A DNA stretch of 46,819 bases, taken from Parachlamydiales bacterium. GTDB taxonomy: Bacteria > Chlamydiota > Chlamydiia > Chlamydiales > Parachlamydiaceae. Below the pieces are notes generated by a model. That model was not told the origin of the DNA, did no database searches, and was given only the letters and a program-made list of their open reading frames with translations. Shown piece after piece: positions 1-9,591 of this stretch. Made by a program: the position numbers and the translations under genes. The stretch lies in assembly GCA_020051075.1 (NCBI GenBank), contig JAGVJP010000032.1:1-46819 (forward strand). The letters run 5' to 3'. Within the stretch, counting starts at the first letter, position 1. Each line of letters starts with the position of its first letter.

Positions 1-246
1 ATCATCACATTTCCGGAATATCGTTTTGAAACAACCCAACAGATGATTGATAGACTACGAGGAATTGGAAAAACGACATTAGCGACGCCTTATGTTCCGC
101 AAGTTCGAATAGGTGATAAGTCCGCTGAGGAAGATTCGTGCAGGCTTGCACATGAGAGAGAAATCAATCACAATCCAAATCTTCTTCAGAAACAAGAGCA
201 CTTAAAAGAAATTCTTATGAAACAGGAGAATGTGGTTGTTGCATAA
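1..246 (+). CDS. 3' end of a gene truncated by the window edge; hypothetical protein
   Basis: Frame 1 is open from base 1 (IITFPEYRFETTQQMIDRLRGIGK...) to TAA at 244-246; no motif recognised. Confidence 0.5.
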   Translation: MITFPEYRFETTQQMIDRLRGIGKTTLATPYVPQVRIGDKSAEEDSCRLAHEREINHNPNLLQKQEHLKEILMKQENVVVA

Positions 247-276
247 TTGGAATTAAAAAATTTTTACCCAGTATGC

Positions 277-682
277 CAGGGAAATTGCATGAAAAATCAT
301 TTGACTTCCAATATATTAAGGAGATTTTCGGGACTCCATCCGGCCAATTTCCTCTTGTCAGGCACGCTCAACTTTTCTGACGCGTCCGCCTTAAGCAATC
401 CCAGGGCCATTTTTTTTACTAAGGAAAAATTCTCAATAGCACTCATAAAATCGCATCCAGATTTATCGCGTGTAACATCCATTGCCTGCTGAAAGAATTT
501 CTCGGCTTCTCCGTTTAAGATACCCTGATTGTCTTTCAGAGCAGTCACGCAGTCACGTAGTCACACTCTTCTTCTCTGATCTGTTTGACGAATTCCTTTT
601 GACACCTCATGGCATCAATGGTGATGATGTTTCCTTTGATCGTGAGCATTTTCAGCAGTTCTGGAATGGCTGTGATTTTGTT
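277..682 (-). mobile_element. ISAs1-family transposase remnant (5'-truncated, internally deleted, frameshifted) with right terminal IR
   Basis: Minus strand reads [45 protein letters not shown] and then, in another frame, LKDNQGIL..EAEKFF..ENFSLVKKMALGLLK..KRKLAGWSPENLLNIL. This matches the ISAs1 motifs [11 protein letters not shown] / TIDAMGCQ / DYVLALKGNQ / C-terminal ENxxxLRxxALNLL..AGW. An 8-bp duplication GCAGTCAC (541-556) causes the frameshift. An ISAs1-type end CAGGGAAATTGCATGAAA starts at 277. Confidence 0.85.
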
Positions 683-3600
683 TGCAATATATCGTCTAAT
701 TTACCGATAAAATATTCTAACTCACGGATTTTAGGATGATAAGGATCCAATTTTCGGTATATCTCAACAGCTCTATTGTAATACCTCAATGCTTCATCCT
801 CTTTGCGTTGTATTGCCAATATCGATCCTAATACTTCTAAGGCGCTAGAGAAGGTTTGAACGTTTTTCGAATCATTTCCAGCCAAGAGGTTTTCAAGCAT
901 CTCGACTGCCTCGAGAGCTAAACCATAGGCCTCATCAAGTCTATTTGCTGTCTTAAAAACATCAGCCTTATTAGTTAATGCCAAAGCAATGAGATGATGC
1001 CCATTAGGATATAGCCTCCACCACATATCTATGGCTAGGTTCGTGTATTTCTGATGTTTTTCGAATTCCGTCAGACGATTGCAAAACATAGCCATGTTAA
1101 GCAACGAGGCTGCGATCTCCGTATGATCTCCTTGATAAAGTCTTCTGCGCATTTGGTAAGCTTCCTTGAAACAGGCTTTTGCCTCTTCAGTTTGTCCCAC
1201 TTGTCTTAAAGCGCTTCCCAAATAATTTAACGTTCTCGCTGTATCAGGATGATCGCGTCGCAGAAGTCTTCTTCTGATTGCTAGTGCTTTTGTGAGGTGT
1301 TGCTTTGCTTCTGGGGGCTTTCCCTGAACTAGCAGCCATCGCCCCAAAAGATAGCTGATTGTAGCCATCTCTTCGCTTTCATCTCGAACATCATTAATTG
1401 TATCAAGAATTTCACGGATTTGTAGCTCATGAGGAGATAAAGCTAACCAATCATCGGTTGTTTCCAGATCCAAACGATTGACAATGGCAGCCACTAAAGC
1501 CACCGCCCTTTGTCTTGAAAGAGAACTGGAAGGTTCAAGAACACTTGAGGAAGATGATGAACTTGAAGAAGAACTGCTTTGAGTGAAAGCCCATTCTGAT
1601 TCAACTAAGACCTGCTTGATCATCTCTTGTCTAATTCGATGAAGTGAATATAAATCGGATTTTTGGTCATGACGGAGGATCCCACCATTGACTAAAGTCA
1701 TCAAGATTTGATCTTTTCTGAACATACGCTCCACATAGCTTTGCTCTCCCTTAAAAAACTCAAGCCAAGTCTCTAAATAGGAAGATGGGATCGAATCAGG
1801 CTGCAGATAAGCGCATATTTCTAACCATTCATAAGCAATCGGATACTGTTGCATAAGAGTTTCATGTGTCATCTTCCAGGTAGTTAGTTGAGACTTCGAA
1901 TAGCGTGAATCAACGGGGATCATACTGATTACCTTGACTTTCTCTTTCGAGAGAAGCTCCAAGTATTTACGTAAAGTCATCCCCGGGGTCGTTCGGATGT
2001 ATTGTGCTACTTGACTCAAGATTGCGGGAAGATACTCCAATTCAGCAGCAAGTCGTCCCATCTCTTCATTTGCCTCCTGCCTTAGGATTCGCACCAAGAG
2101 GCTTATTGACTCTTCTTGGGTTAACGGTTCAATCGGAAGGATATCTTCCATCAAAAAATGAGAGGGTTGAGTGGTTGTAATCAAGATCCTTCCATGATCA
2201 TCGTATGGAAACTCAATAGATTCTTCCGCATTATCAAAGATCAATAAATAAGGTTTGCCCAAGTGTTCAGTTTTTAAAAAATGATAAATCCTTCGACGAA
2301 CAGTTTCAGCCGAACTCGTCAGTTCAATGTAGATACCTAGTGCTTCGGCAAGTTCTCGAAAAGATCGATCCATATTTTGTGGAGTGGCCGTTTCGATCCA
2401 CCACACCACTGAAAAGTTGTCTCGATACTGATGAGCAAAACCAATGGCTGTTTCACTTTTTCCCATCCCTCCTGCTCCAGCAAGTACAACGCACGATCTC
2501 CTTTGAACAGGAGGAAGTGATGTACTACGACTAGCCCCACTGCTGCTAGCACTAGAAGAGCTGGTACTGCTACTGGAAGTTGGGGGATTTGCGTCTTCAG
2601 GAATCAATTTCTCTTTCAGTGTTTGAATTTGCTGTGTCCTGCCCACAAAATAGGGAAGGGGCGATTTGAGATTTGTCCACTTAATCCCTGGGTTAGTTCT
2701 TTCTAAACCATGAATAAAAGGGTTTTGCAAAGAAGCTAAACGTTCTTGTCTATCTAAGAATTCGACCGTTGACCCTTCTCCAGCCTTAATGACTCTTCTC
2801 AAGTGCTCTTCAAGGGTAAGGCTAGACAATTCTTCTGGTGATTGATTTTGAATCTGAACAACTCTAAAGCGATTGTACAGGGTTGATTGTTGTACAGACG
2901 GATCCATCTGACAATAAGTGTTTAAAACGGCTTGGAGGAGTTGATGAACCGTGCTTATTTCAGCTTCTGAATAGTTCCTTGCTCTTGGTTCGAGGGCAAA
3001 TCCCAATGTTCGTTTGTTTAACCGAAAATATTCCCCGGGATCTTCTCCTAAGGGAACCACACTTTGATATTTTTCAAGATCATAAGCTTCTATAGGGAAA
3101 TTATTTATCATCGCTGCATCGCAATGGAGCCCTAAAGAACGTCTTCGATCAACACCGCCAGCTTTATTTTTGAAATAGAGCGATTTAGGAGGAAATATCC
3201 CTGGAACGGCAAGAGCTGCACAGACTGTATGGGATATCACGATCTCATCTGAAGACATCTCATCTGAAGAGAATCTTGAAGGTGTCAATGTGTTGTCAAG
3301 TCGTGCAGTAAACACTGAGAGATGCCTTAATTTAGGATTTCTTCTCATCAACTCTCTCAGTTCACCAAATGTACAATCAACGATTCCAGTTTTTTCATAA
3401 ATACGCTCTTCTAACCAATTGAGCAATGCATTTCCCGTACAAAGGCTTGGCAATTGATGAAGGCTTTTAAATTGATCTTTCCCAAGAGGTGAGTCTTTCA
3501 GAATGATTTCACGCATTCTTTGCAGAGTAGTTAAATCCGGAGAGTCTTTGGGAATAGCAGACATCGCCTGATCACCGATGGGTGGGTCAAAAAAACTGGA

Positions 3601-4944
3601 AAAGACTTGTGCTTTAGAGGCGATTTCTTCAAACGAATAACCAATCGCAAACAAAGTCGCTATGAGTGCTCCTGTCGATACACCCACCACTCGTTTGATA
3701 CAACTGATTTTTTCTTTCGATTCCAACGCTTTGATCACTCCGAGATAGGCTAATCCGGTTGGGTCATTCCCTTTAAAGATGAGGTTTTCCGGAGGATCGA
3801 TAACGAAATTGGGAAGAGCATGCTGATTTTTTGCTTTGTGTTTGCGGAGGTTGGACAAGAATCCACGCATGGACTTACTTTCAGAATCCTTATACCCCTT
3901 GAGAAGATTTTGAGGGGTATTATCTTTCCCATCCAAAGCAACCAAATCAGCTCCGAAACTATGGAGATAAGCAATACTTTTCTTTTGCCTTCCCAACGCA
4001 GCATGATGCATTGCTGTTCTTCCATGAAAATCGGTCGATTCCAGGTTAATTTTATGATTTTTCAGAAGAACGATTGTTTCTTCCTCCCCTAAATACGCAG
4101 CAATCATCAAAGGAGTCAGTCCTCGATGGCTGCGTTCATCCAATAGCGGGGAAATCTGTTCATAATGATTTGTTAATACGAATTTTAGCAAATCCGTGTG
4201 ATGAAAAGTAATCAACAGGTGGACAAGATTTCCAATGGTCCCGAATCTCAAGTTAAGATTGAGGGCTGGATTCTTTCGATTTTCTGAGAGAAATAGATCC
4301 ACGCAATCTCGGTCCCCTCGAATCGCTGCAAAGGCAAGAGGTGTCAAGTTAGGTAAGGTGAGATCGCCAATCGACAAGCTCGCATTTGCATTCAGATCGT
4401 GAATGGGGACTTGTGTCGATGCGCTGAGGTTAGCTCCATTGACGATGAGAGCACGAGTGATATCCAATTGACCGCGAGCTGCTGCAAAATGCAAAGGAGT
4501 TTGTCCGTGAAAATTTTGTGCATCTTGCGAGATATGTTCATACAACATCGAAACCAGATAGAGGCTTTCTGTCTGCACAGCATAATGCATGGCGGTGTTT
4601 CGCATGGAATCACGCGCATGGACAGCAATGCCGTTAGCAATCATCTCCGTTGCCAAGGCAATCTCACCAATCCGTATCGCTTGTTGAAGAAGCGAGCGCC
4701 CCTGTTCGTTGACGATATGATTCAACTCCTCTTGACATCGCTTCAGCAGTGTCCAATCCTTCTCTTTGCATTTATTCCATGCCGATTCAAAGCATTCTTG
4801 TTCCGTTGCAGGAACGGTCAACCCAAAGAGCTCTTCTAGCTTCCGACAAGCCCGGAGTTTTTCGTCGCTCGAGATAGCAACCCGTGGCTGTTGGTTCCTG
4901 ATAGGCGATGTGGAAGAACTTGAAGATAATGATATTGTTGTTAT
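652..4944 (-). CDS. Large multidomain protein: ankyrin repeats + patatin-like (ExoU/VipD-type) domain + NB-ARC/STAND NTPase + TPR repeats; ORF-track start 4821, probable start ATA at 4944
   Basis: About 7 ankyrin repeats ([35 protein letters not shown]). Patatin blocks [42 protein letters not shown]. Walker A GAGGMGKS, Walker B LLIFDNAE, then ILITT and LEYLPAIL. Kinesin-light-chain-type TPRs ([26 protein letters not shown]). The frame stays open upstream to ATA 4942-4944, 5 nt after AAGGAG. Confidence 0.9.
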   Translation of the reverse strand: MTTISLSSSSSTSPIRNQQPRVAISSDEKLRACRKLEELFGLTVPATEQECFESAWNKCKEKDWTLLKRCQEELNHIVNEQGRSLLQQAIRIGEIALATEMIANGIAVHARDSMRNTAMHYAVQTESLYLVSMLYEHISQDAQNFHGQTPLHFAAARGQLDITRALIVNGANLSASTQVPIHDLNANASLSIGDLTLPNLTPLAFAAIRGDRDCVDLFLSENRKNPALNLNLRFGTIGNLVHLLITFHHTDLLKFVLTNHYEQISPLLDERSHRGLTPLMIAAYLGEEETIVLLKNHKINLESTDFHGRTAMHHAALGRQKKSIAYLHSFGADLVALDGKDNTPQNLLKGYKDSESKSMRGFLSNLRKHKAKNQHALPNFVIDPPENLIFKGNDPTGLAYLGVIKALESKEKISCIKRVVGVSTGALIATLFAIGYSFEEIASKAQVFSSFFDPPIGDQAMSAIPKDSPDLTTLQRMREIILKDSPLGKDQFKSLHQLPSLCTGNALLNWLEERIYEKTGIVDCTFGELRELMRRNPKLRHLSVFTARLDNTLTPSRFSSDEMSSDEIVISHTVCAALAVPGIFPPKSLYFKNKAGGVDRRRSLGLHCDAAMINNFPIEAYDLEKYQSVVPLGEDPGEYFRLNKRTLGFALEPRARNYSEAEISTVHQLLQAVLNTYCQMDPSVQQSTLYNRFRVVQIQNQSPEELSSLTLEEHLRRVIKAGEGSTVEFLDRQERLASLQNPFIHGLERTNPGIKWTNLKSPLPYFVGRTQQIQTLKEKLIPEDANPPTSSSSTSSSSASSSGASRSTSLPPVQRRSCVVLAGAGGMGKSETAIGFAHQYRDNFSVVWWIETATPQNMDRSFRELAEALGIYIELTSSAETVRRRIYHFLKTEHLGKPYLLIFDNAEESIEFPYDDHGRILITTTQPSHFLMEDILPIEPLTQEESISLLVRILRQEANEEMGRLAAELEYLPAILSQVAQYIRTTPGMTLRKYLELLSKEKVKVISMIPVDSRYSKSQLTTWKMTHETLMQQYPIAYEWLEICAYLQPDSIPSSYLETWLEFFKGEQSYVERMFRKDQILMTLVNGGILRHDQKSDLYSLHRIRQEMIKQVLVESEWAFTQSSSSSSSSSSSSVLEPSSSLSRQRAVALVAAIVNRLDLETTDDWLALSPHELQIREILDTINDVRDESEEMATISYLLGRWLLVQGKPPEAKQHLTKALAIRRRLLRRDHPDTARTLNYLGSALRQVGQTEEAKACFKEAYQMRRRLYQGDHTEIAASLLNMAMFCNRLTEFEKHQKYTNLAIDMWWRLYPNGHHLIALALTNKADVFKTANRLDEAYGLALEAVEMLENLLAGNDSKNVQTFSSALEVLGSILAIQRKEDEALRYYNRAVEIYRKLDPYHPKIRELEYFIGKLDDILQTKSQPFQNC

Positions 4945-5041
4945 GATGACTCCTTTGAATCAAAATAGCTTATCCCGCACATGAATGTCGCGATAATAAA
5001 TAATTCAAGATTTTAAACCAATTGGGATTTCTTTTTTTTTA

Positions 5042-5114
5042 TTCACGGGGTGGGGAGGCTAGTCATGTTGGCGGTCTTGCGGCCAAAAGATGGCTAGCCT
5101 CCCTACTTCGTGAA
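5042..5114. repeat. REP-doublet-like palindrome (25-bp stem with G.T pairs)
   Basis: TTCACGGGGTGGGGAGGCTAGTCAT ... ATGGCTAGCCTCCCTACTTCGTGAA. Each arm carries a GT(A/G)G tetranucleotide before a short GGCTAG(T/C)C palindrome. Confidence 0.65.
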
Positions 5115-5288
5115 CACATACAAATTTTTAACATAATTTTCCAGGCTGCAATTCAGGATGAAATTTATGAGGAGTCTGTTCTTCTAGTTATTCGATATAC
5201 CCGTTCTTTAACTAGAATACTTCAGTCTTATACAGAAGAGTGTGATCAGACTAAAAAATTCTTTCAGAGAGTTATCCGTCCATTGTAA

Positions 5289-6172
5289 CTAGATTTTTCC
5301 AGATTGAGTCAAGAGCGAGTGTAAAGCAGTTTTTTGGGTTTCGTGTGCTAATGACATTGCAGCATATAAAGGTCTTGAATCTAGTTTTTCTTCAGAAGAG
5401 TAATCAAGGCTTGAAAAACGGAGCCCTTGACGGCAATTCGGATGCGTTTCCATGTACAGATGCAGGCTTCTTAGGGTGCTTCCATGGCCACTTTTGACTT
5501 CTATAGGTAAAATTTCCTCTTTTCTCTGAAGAAGATAATCAATTTCAGCCATGCTATTCTTCTTCTTCCGCTTCCAGAAATAGAGATCTGCTTTGGAGTA
5601 TGAGCTAGCGTAACAAATCAATTCTTGCCCGATAAATCCCTCGGCAATTTCACCCCGATTTTCAAATCCTTCGAGAGGGCGAAGAAACCATATTGAAACA
5701 TCGGATCCCAATATGGATTGGCAAAGTCCAACGTCGAGGAAAATCACTTTGAAGGTATCAAAGTCGACTTCACTACCAATAGGAAGCCCTTGACCTGAAG
5801 TGTGTCGGATGATATGGACAATGCCGGCTTTTTCGAGTAGTTCCAAGGCTGGTGCTAATTCTCTTTTGCGGTATTCTCCATGAATTTGACTGTAAGAGAA
5901 ATCTTTGCTGATCAGATGAGGAACTTGTTTAAAGAGAAGTTCGACATATTTGACTTGACTCCTGCGTGCGTATTTCTCAAAGTCCTGCTTGTAAGTCACG
6001 GCAATTTGCTGCAGAACTTTAAGGGATTCAACAGGAGATTTTGTTTCAATCCATCGAACCACTGATTCGGGCATTCCTCCGATAGAGAGATACTCTCCCA
6101 ATTTGTCCAAAATCAAGGAATGAATGGGCTCTGCAACTGCAACGCCAGATGGATGATCCAGTATTTCTCCCG
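5289..6172 (-). pseudogene. 5'-truncated AAA+ ATPase with DUF4143 (COG1373 family); P-loop domain missing
   Basis: Has YLSIGGMPE, KVIFLDVGL, GEIAEGFIGQEL and AEIDYLL..PIEVKSG. The frame continues upstream (AGEILDHPSGVAVAEPIHSL) to the LOG stop codon with no Walker A/B. Confidence 0.75.
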
Positions 6173-6175
6173 CTA

Positions 6176-6730
6176 TTAAAGTATTTTTAAAATATCAGTT
6201 GGATGATCACAAATTTGAAAGAGCTGACGTTCATCATTGTGTACAAATCCCTGGGTGATCATATGAGAAAATAAATGATCCAACAGAGGTTTCCAATAAT
6301 TAAGCGTATTTAAGAAAATGATTGGTTTAATATGCAAACCTAATTGACGCCAGGTTAATACTTCAAAAGCCTCTTCCAAGGTGCCTAAACCACCGGGAAG
6401 GATGACAAAGGCATCCGAACGTTCAAACATCAAATTTTTGCGTTCATGCATGTGTTTGACAATAAGCAATTCTGATAACTGTGGCTGGCCTTCGCGTAAG
6501 CCTTCAAGGGGATACAGATAGTCGGTACTGATCCCTACAACATGTCCACCATGATTTAGGCATTCATTTGCTAATGTTCCCATCAACCCGAAACCGCCGC
6601 CGCCGTAGATAACTTTAATCCGTTCTTTTGCTAGAATTTGCCCAAATAAGGCAATAGCTTCATGATAGTGTGGGTTTAAACATTGAGCAGAACCACAATA
6701 AACTGCGACTGATTTGATCTTGTTCATCAT
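6176..6730 (-). CDS. LOG-family (TIGR00730) nucleotide monophosphate phosphoribohydrolase
   Basis: VAVYCGS, YGGGGFGLMG, MHERK, PGGLGTLEE signature. Confidence 0.92.
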   Translation of the reverse strand: MMNKIKSVAVYCGSAQCLNPHYHEAIALFGQILAKERIKVIYGGGGFGLMGTLANECLNHGGHVVGISTDYLYPLEGLREGQPQLSELLIVKHMHERKNLMFERSDAFVILPGGLGTLEEAFEVLTWRQLGLHIKPIIFLNTLNYWKPLLDHLFSHMITQGFVHNDERQLFQICDHPTDILKIL

Positions 6731-6808
6731 AATATTTACGTAAATTAAATTTTTGGATTCACTTCAGACTAAAACTTTCAGAACTTTGATTAAAACCCCA
6801 CTTGTCCA

Positions 6809-7975
6809 CTATATCTTTGAAAAGAGAGGTTCATTAGGTATGATGCTTTTCAAAAATTCCTCGCATGGTAGGCATAAGACACCTTTGTTGATGATTCGCT
6901 CTTCTCCTTGGTAGAGGAGCAATGTTTTGCATTCGGGATAATCTTCTTTGAAATGAAGAAGGCCACGCAGATCTTTGGTAAATACTTTGGTATTGTTTTT
7001 AACTTCTATAGCTAGAAAAACATCCCCGCCATAAACGATGAAATCGACTTCAAGGCCTGATTTAGTTCGCCAATAAGAAATTTGATATTTGCCTTTTGAA
7101 TAGTCACACCAGGCGAGCAGATGTTGAAAAACAAGCCCTTCTAGCGCACCCCCATGAATTTCTTCGATGCTGTCCATTACACTTAGCTTACGCAAAGAGC
7201 GGAACACGCCAGTATCAAATAAGTAGAGTTTAGGGTGAGAAACTAAAATTCTTTGCGCTCGATTTGTAAATACAGGAACAAGGTGGACAAGCAAAAGGTC
7301 TTGTAAAATTTCAAGATAACTGTTTACAAGATGTCTCTTGACTTCACATTCTCTGGCGATGTTGGTTAGATTGAGTGCATTGGCATGAGAAAAAGCAATC
7401 ACCGAAAGGAATCGAGAGAAGCTGCCGATGTTTCGAATGAATCCCTCGAATTTTACCTCTTCTTGAACATAGAGATCGACATAAGTTTCTAATACTTCCT
7501 CGGGATCTTTTGCTCCCCAAACAATCGGTAACATCCCCAAACTCAACGCGTTTTCCAAGTGAAAACTGCTGCCCATTTCAGAGGCAAGAAAAGGGTGCAT
7601 CATTCTCTTGATGGCTCGACCGGCTAGAAGATCAACACCATGTTTTTTTAATTTACGGGCATTTGAGCCAGTCAAAATAAACTGAATTTCTTTTCTCTCT
7701 TCGATCAATGCATGGATGATCGAAAGCAGTTCAGGAATTCGTTGAATTTCATCGATCACTACGGTCTCGATATTTTCCTGAGCATCGATAAGTTGTTTTA
7801 ATCTTTCTGGATAGGCAGAATAGATTCTATATTGATTCTGCAAGAGTAGGTCGATCGTGTAGCTTTTGGGATAATGTTGCTTAATCCAGGTGGATTTTCC
7901 AGTTCCTCGTGGTCCAAATAGAAAATAGCTTCCTTTAGGCGGGGAGAAGAATCGATTTTTTTCTTTTATTGTCAA
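6809..7975 (-). CDS. AAA+ ATPase with DUF4143 and C-terminal PD-(D/E)xK-like motif (COG1373)
   Basis: GPRGTGKS, VIDEIQR, LTGSNA, LAGRA, PKLYLFDTG, EVDFIV..AIEVK. Confidence 0.9.
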   Translation of the reverse strand: MTIKEKNRFFSPPKGSYFLFGPRGTGKSTWIKQHYPKSYTIDLLLQNQYRIYSAYPERLKQLIDAQENIETVVIDEIQRIPELLSIIHALIEERKEIQFILTGSNARKLKKHGVDLLAGRAIKRMMHPFLASEMGSSFHLENALSLGMLPIVWGAKDPEEVLETYVDLYVQEEVKFEGFIRNIGSFSRFLSVIAFSHANALNLTNIARECEVKRHLVNSYLEILQDLLLVHLVPVFTNRAQRILVSHPKLYLFDTGVFRSLRKLSVMDSIEEIHGGALEGLVFQHLLAWCDYSKGKYQISYWRTKSGLEVDFIVYGGDVFLAIEVKNNTKVFTKDLRGLLHFKEDYPECKTLLLYQGEERIINKGVLCLPCEEFLKSIIPNEPLFSKI

Positions 7976-7978
7976 AAT

Positions 7979-8019
7979 ATCCTTCCTTTTTTTAAGTTCA
8001 TATTAAAAAAAAGAAGGAT
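7979..8019. promoter_or_regulatory. 17-bp inverted repeat directly upstream of the AAA/DUF4143 gene (candidate operator)
   Basis: ATCCTTCCTTTTTTTAA-N7-TTAAAAAAAAGAAGGAT, 1 mismatch. Confidence 0.4.
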
Positions 8020-8071
8020 TTTTTGCAAATATTTTTAAAAAAGACTGCATTTTTCAAACTTGAGTTATTTC

Positions 8072-8116
8072 AAAAATAATGTTGACAGTCTTTTTGTCCG
8101 GATGATATGGAAAAGG
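8072..8116 (+). promoter_or_regulatory. nuoA promoter motif (copy 1 of 3)
   Basis: AAAAATAATG TTGACA GTCTTTTTGTCC GGATGATATGGAAAA. Confidence 0.65.
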
Positions 8117-8189
8117 GTCAGAGTTTTGAGAAAGTTTTATCTTCTCATAAACTGGTGGAAAATGATCTCTTAGCGAGGCGAGGTTAAAG

Positions 8190-8546
8190 TTGACTGAATA
8201 TTTTCCTGTTTACATCTATTTTGGACTTATTCTGCTCGTGACTATTGCTGTTCTTCTGTTATCAGCCATTATTTCCCCAAAAAAGGGTGGAAAATCCAAA
8301 TACATGCCGTATGAGTCTGGCATACAAACTGAGACGCACCTCCTCCAAGAAAGATTTCCCATGCACCATTATTTGGTCGCTTTGATTTTCTTGGTTTTTG
8401 ATGTCGAGGTCATTTTCCTGTATCCATGGGCTGTAGTAGGCAAAATGCTAGGTTCTTTTGCTTTCTATGAAATGTCGTTCTTCCTGGTTACCCTCTTAGT
8501 TGGTTTTGCCTATGTTTGGCGAAAAAAGGGGTTGCAATGGGAATAG
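8190..8546 (+). CDS. nuoA: NADH-quinone oxidoreductase subunit A
   Basis: PYESG, FLVFDVEVIFLYPWAV, KGLQWE; first gene of the nuo cluster. Confidence 0.95.
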   Translation: MTEYFPVYIYFGLILLVTIAVLLLSAIISPKKGGKSKYMPYESGIQTETHLLQERFPMHHYLVALIFLVFDVEVIFLYPWAVVGKMLGSFAFYEMSFFLVTLLVGFAYVWRKKGLQWE

Positions 8547-8585
8547 AAAATTTGTTGATTAGCAATAGAAAAGGGGTTCTCTAAA

Positions 8586-9062
8586 ATGGCACAATCTCCT
8601 CGAGAAAGAACACCTTTTCTCATCGGCTCATTAGAAAAATTGATTAACTGGGCTCGAGAAAGCTCTCTCTGGCCTGCACAGTTTGGTTTGGCTTGTTGCG
8701 CGATTGAGATGATGTCTACAGCAGCAAGTCGATATGATATGGCTAGGTTTGGGATGGAGGTTTATCGAGCCTCCCCCCGCCAGAGCGATGTGATGATTGT
8801 TGCTGGTCGGGTGAGTCAAAAGATGGCTCCCGTATTAAGGACAATCTATGACCAGATGCTTGAACCGAAATGGGTCGTCGCTATGGGCGATTGCGCGTCA
8901 TGTGGAGGGGTCTACAATAACTATGCCATTGTTCAAGGGGTGGATCAAATCGTTCCTGTTGACGTTTATGTGGCAGGATGCCCTCCGCGTCCAGAGGCAT
9001 TATTAGACGGCTTGATCATGTTACAGAAGAAAATAAGGACGGAACGTCCATTGAAAGGTTAG
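8586..9062 (+). CDS. nuoB: NADH-quinone oxidoreductase subunit B
   Basis: [26 protein letters not shown]. Confidence 0.97.
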   Translation: MAQSPRERTPFLIGSLEKLINWARESSLWPAQFGLACCAIEMMSTAASRYDMARFGMEVYRASPRQSDVMIVAGRVSQKMAPVLRTIYDQMLEPKWVVAMGDCASCGGVYNNYAIVQGVDQIVPVDVYVAGCPPRPEALLDGLIMLQKKIRTERPLKG

Positions 9063-9063
9063 T

Positions 9064-9588
9064 ATGGAAATGGTAGCAACAATGCAAGAACTCATCGATA
9101 GGTTAAGGCCTATGATTGTCGAGCAGACAGAATTCGGTGGAGAGACTAATTTAGAGGTTCGCAAGGAGAACCTCAAACAGATTCTTTCAACGATGAAAGA
9201 AGAGGGTTATGAGGTGTTGATGGATCTAACAGGAGTTGACTATTTAGAGCCAGTCAAACGGACTAAAGTTGTCTATTGGGTCCATAACCCTGAAAACTAC
9301 ACTAGGATTCGAGTCTTTGTCTTCGCTAAACGTGAAGAAGTCATCCCATCAGTCACGGATATATGGGAAGGGGCTAACTGGTATGAACGGGAGATGTTTG
9401 ATCTCTTCGGCGTTGCTTTTGAAGGACATCCAGACTTGAAGAGAATTCTCATGCCGGACGACTGGGAGGGGCATCCTCTACGCAAAGATTATCCTCTAAC
9501 TGAAGAACGGGTCCAGTTTAAGCATGGGGTCACTCCAAAAATCCCTTCTGAGATTATAAACGTGAAATGGAACCAGAAGTATAGATGA
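9064..9588 (+). CDS. nuoC: NADH-quinone oxidoreductase subunit C
   Basis: [37 protein letters not shown]. Confidence 0.97.
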   Translation: MEMVATMQELIDRLRPMIVEQTEFGGETNLEVRKENLKQILSTMKEEGYEVLMDLTGVDYLEPVKRTKVVYWVHNPENYTRIRVFVFAKREEVIPSVTDIWEGANWYEREMFDLFGVAFEGHPDLKRILMPDDWEGHPLRKDYPLTEERVQFKHGVTPKIPSEIINVKWNQKYR

Positions 9589-9591
9589 TTT

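Noticed and set aside
247..739. + strand ORFs 247-492 and 482-739
   Set aside because: Antisense shadows of the ISAs1 remnant
5022..5288. 88-aa + strand ORF
   Set aside because: Runs through the REP-like palindrome, has a TTG start with no RBS and no recognisable motif
652..7975. Calling the left end a known anti-phage system (Avs, CBASS patatin, Thoeris)
   Set aside because: No cyclase, TIR or SIR2 partner is present; the LOG is the classical stand-alone type; the ankyrins and Ser-rich N-terminus fit a host-directed protein at least as well
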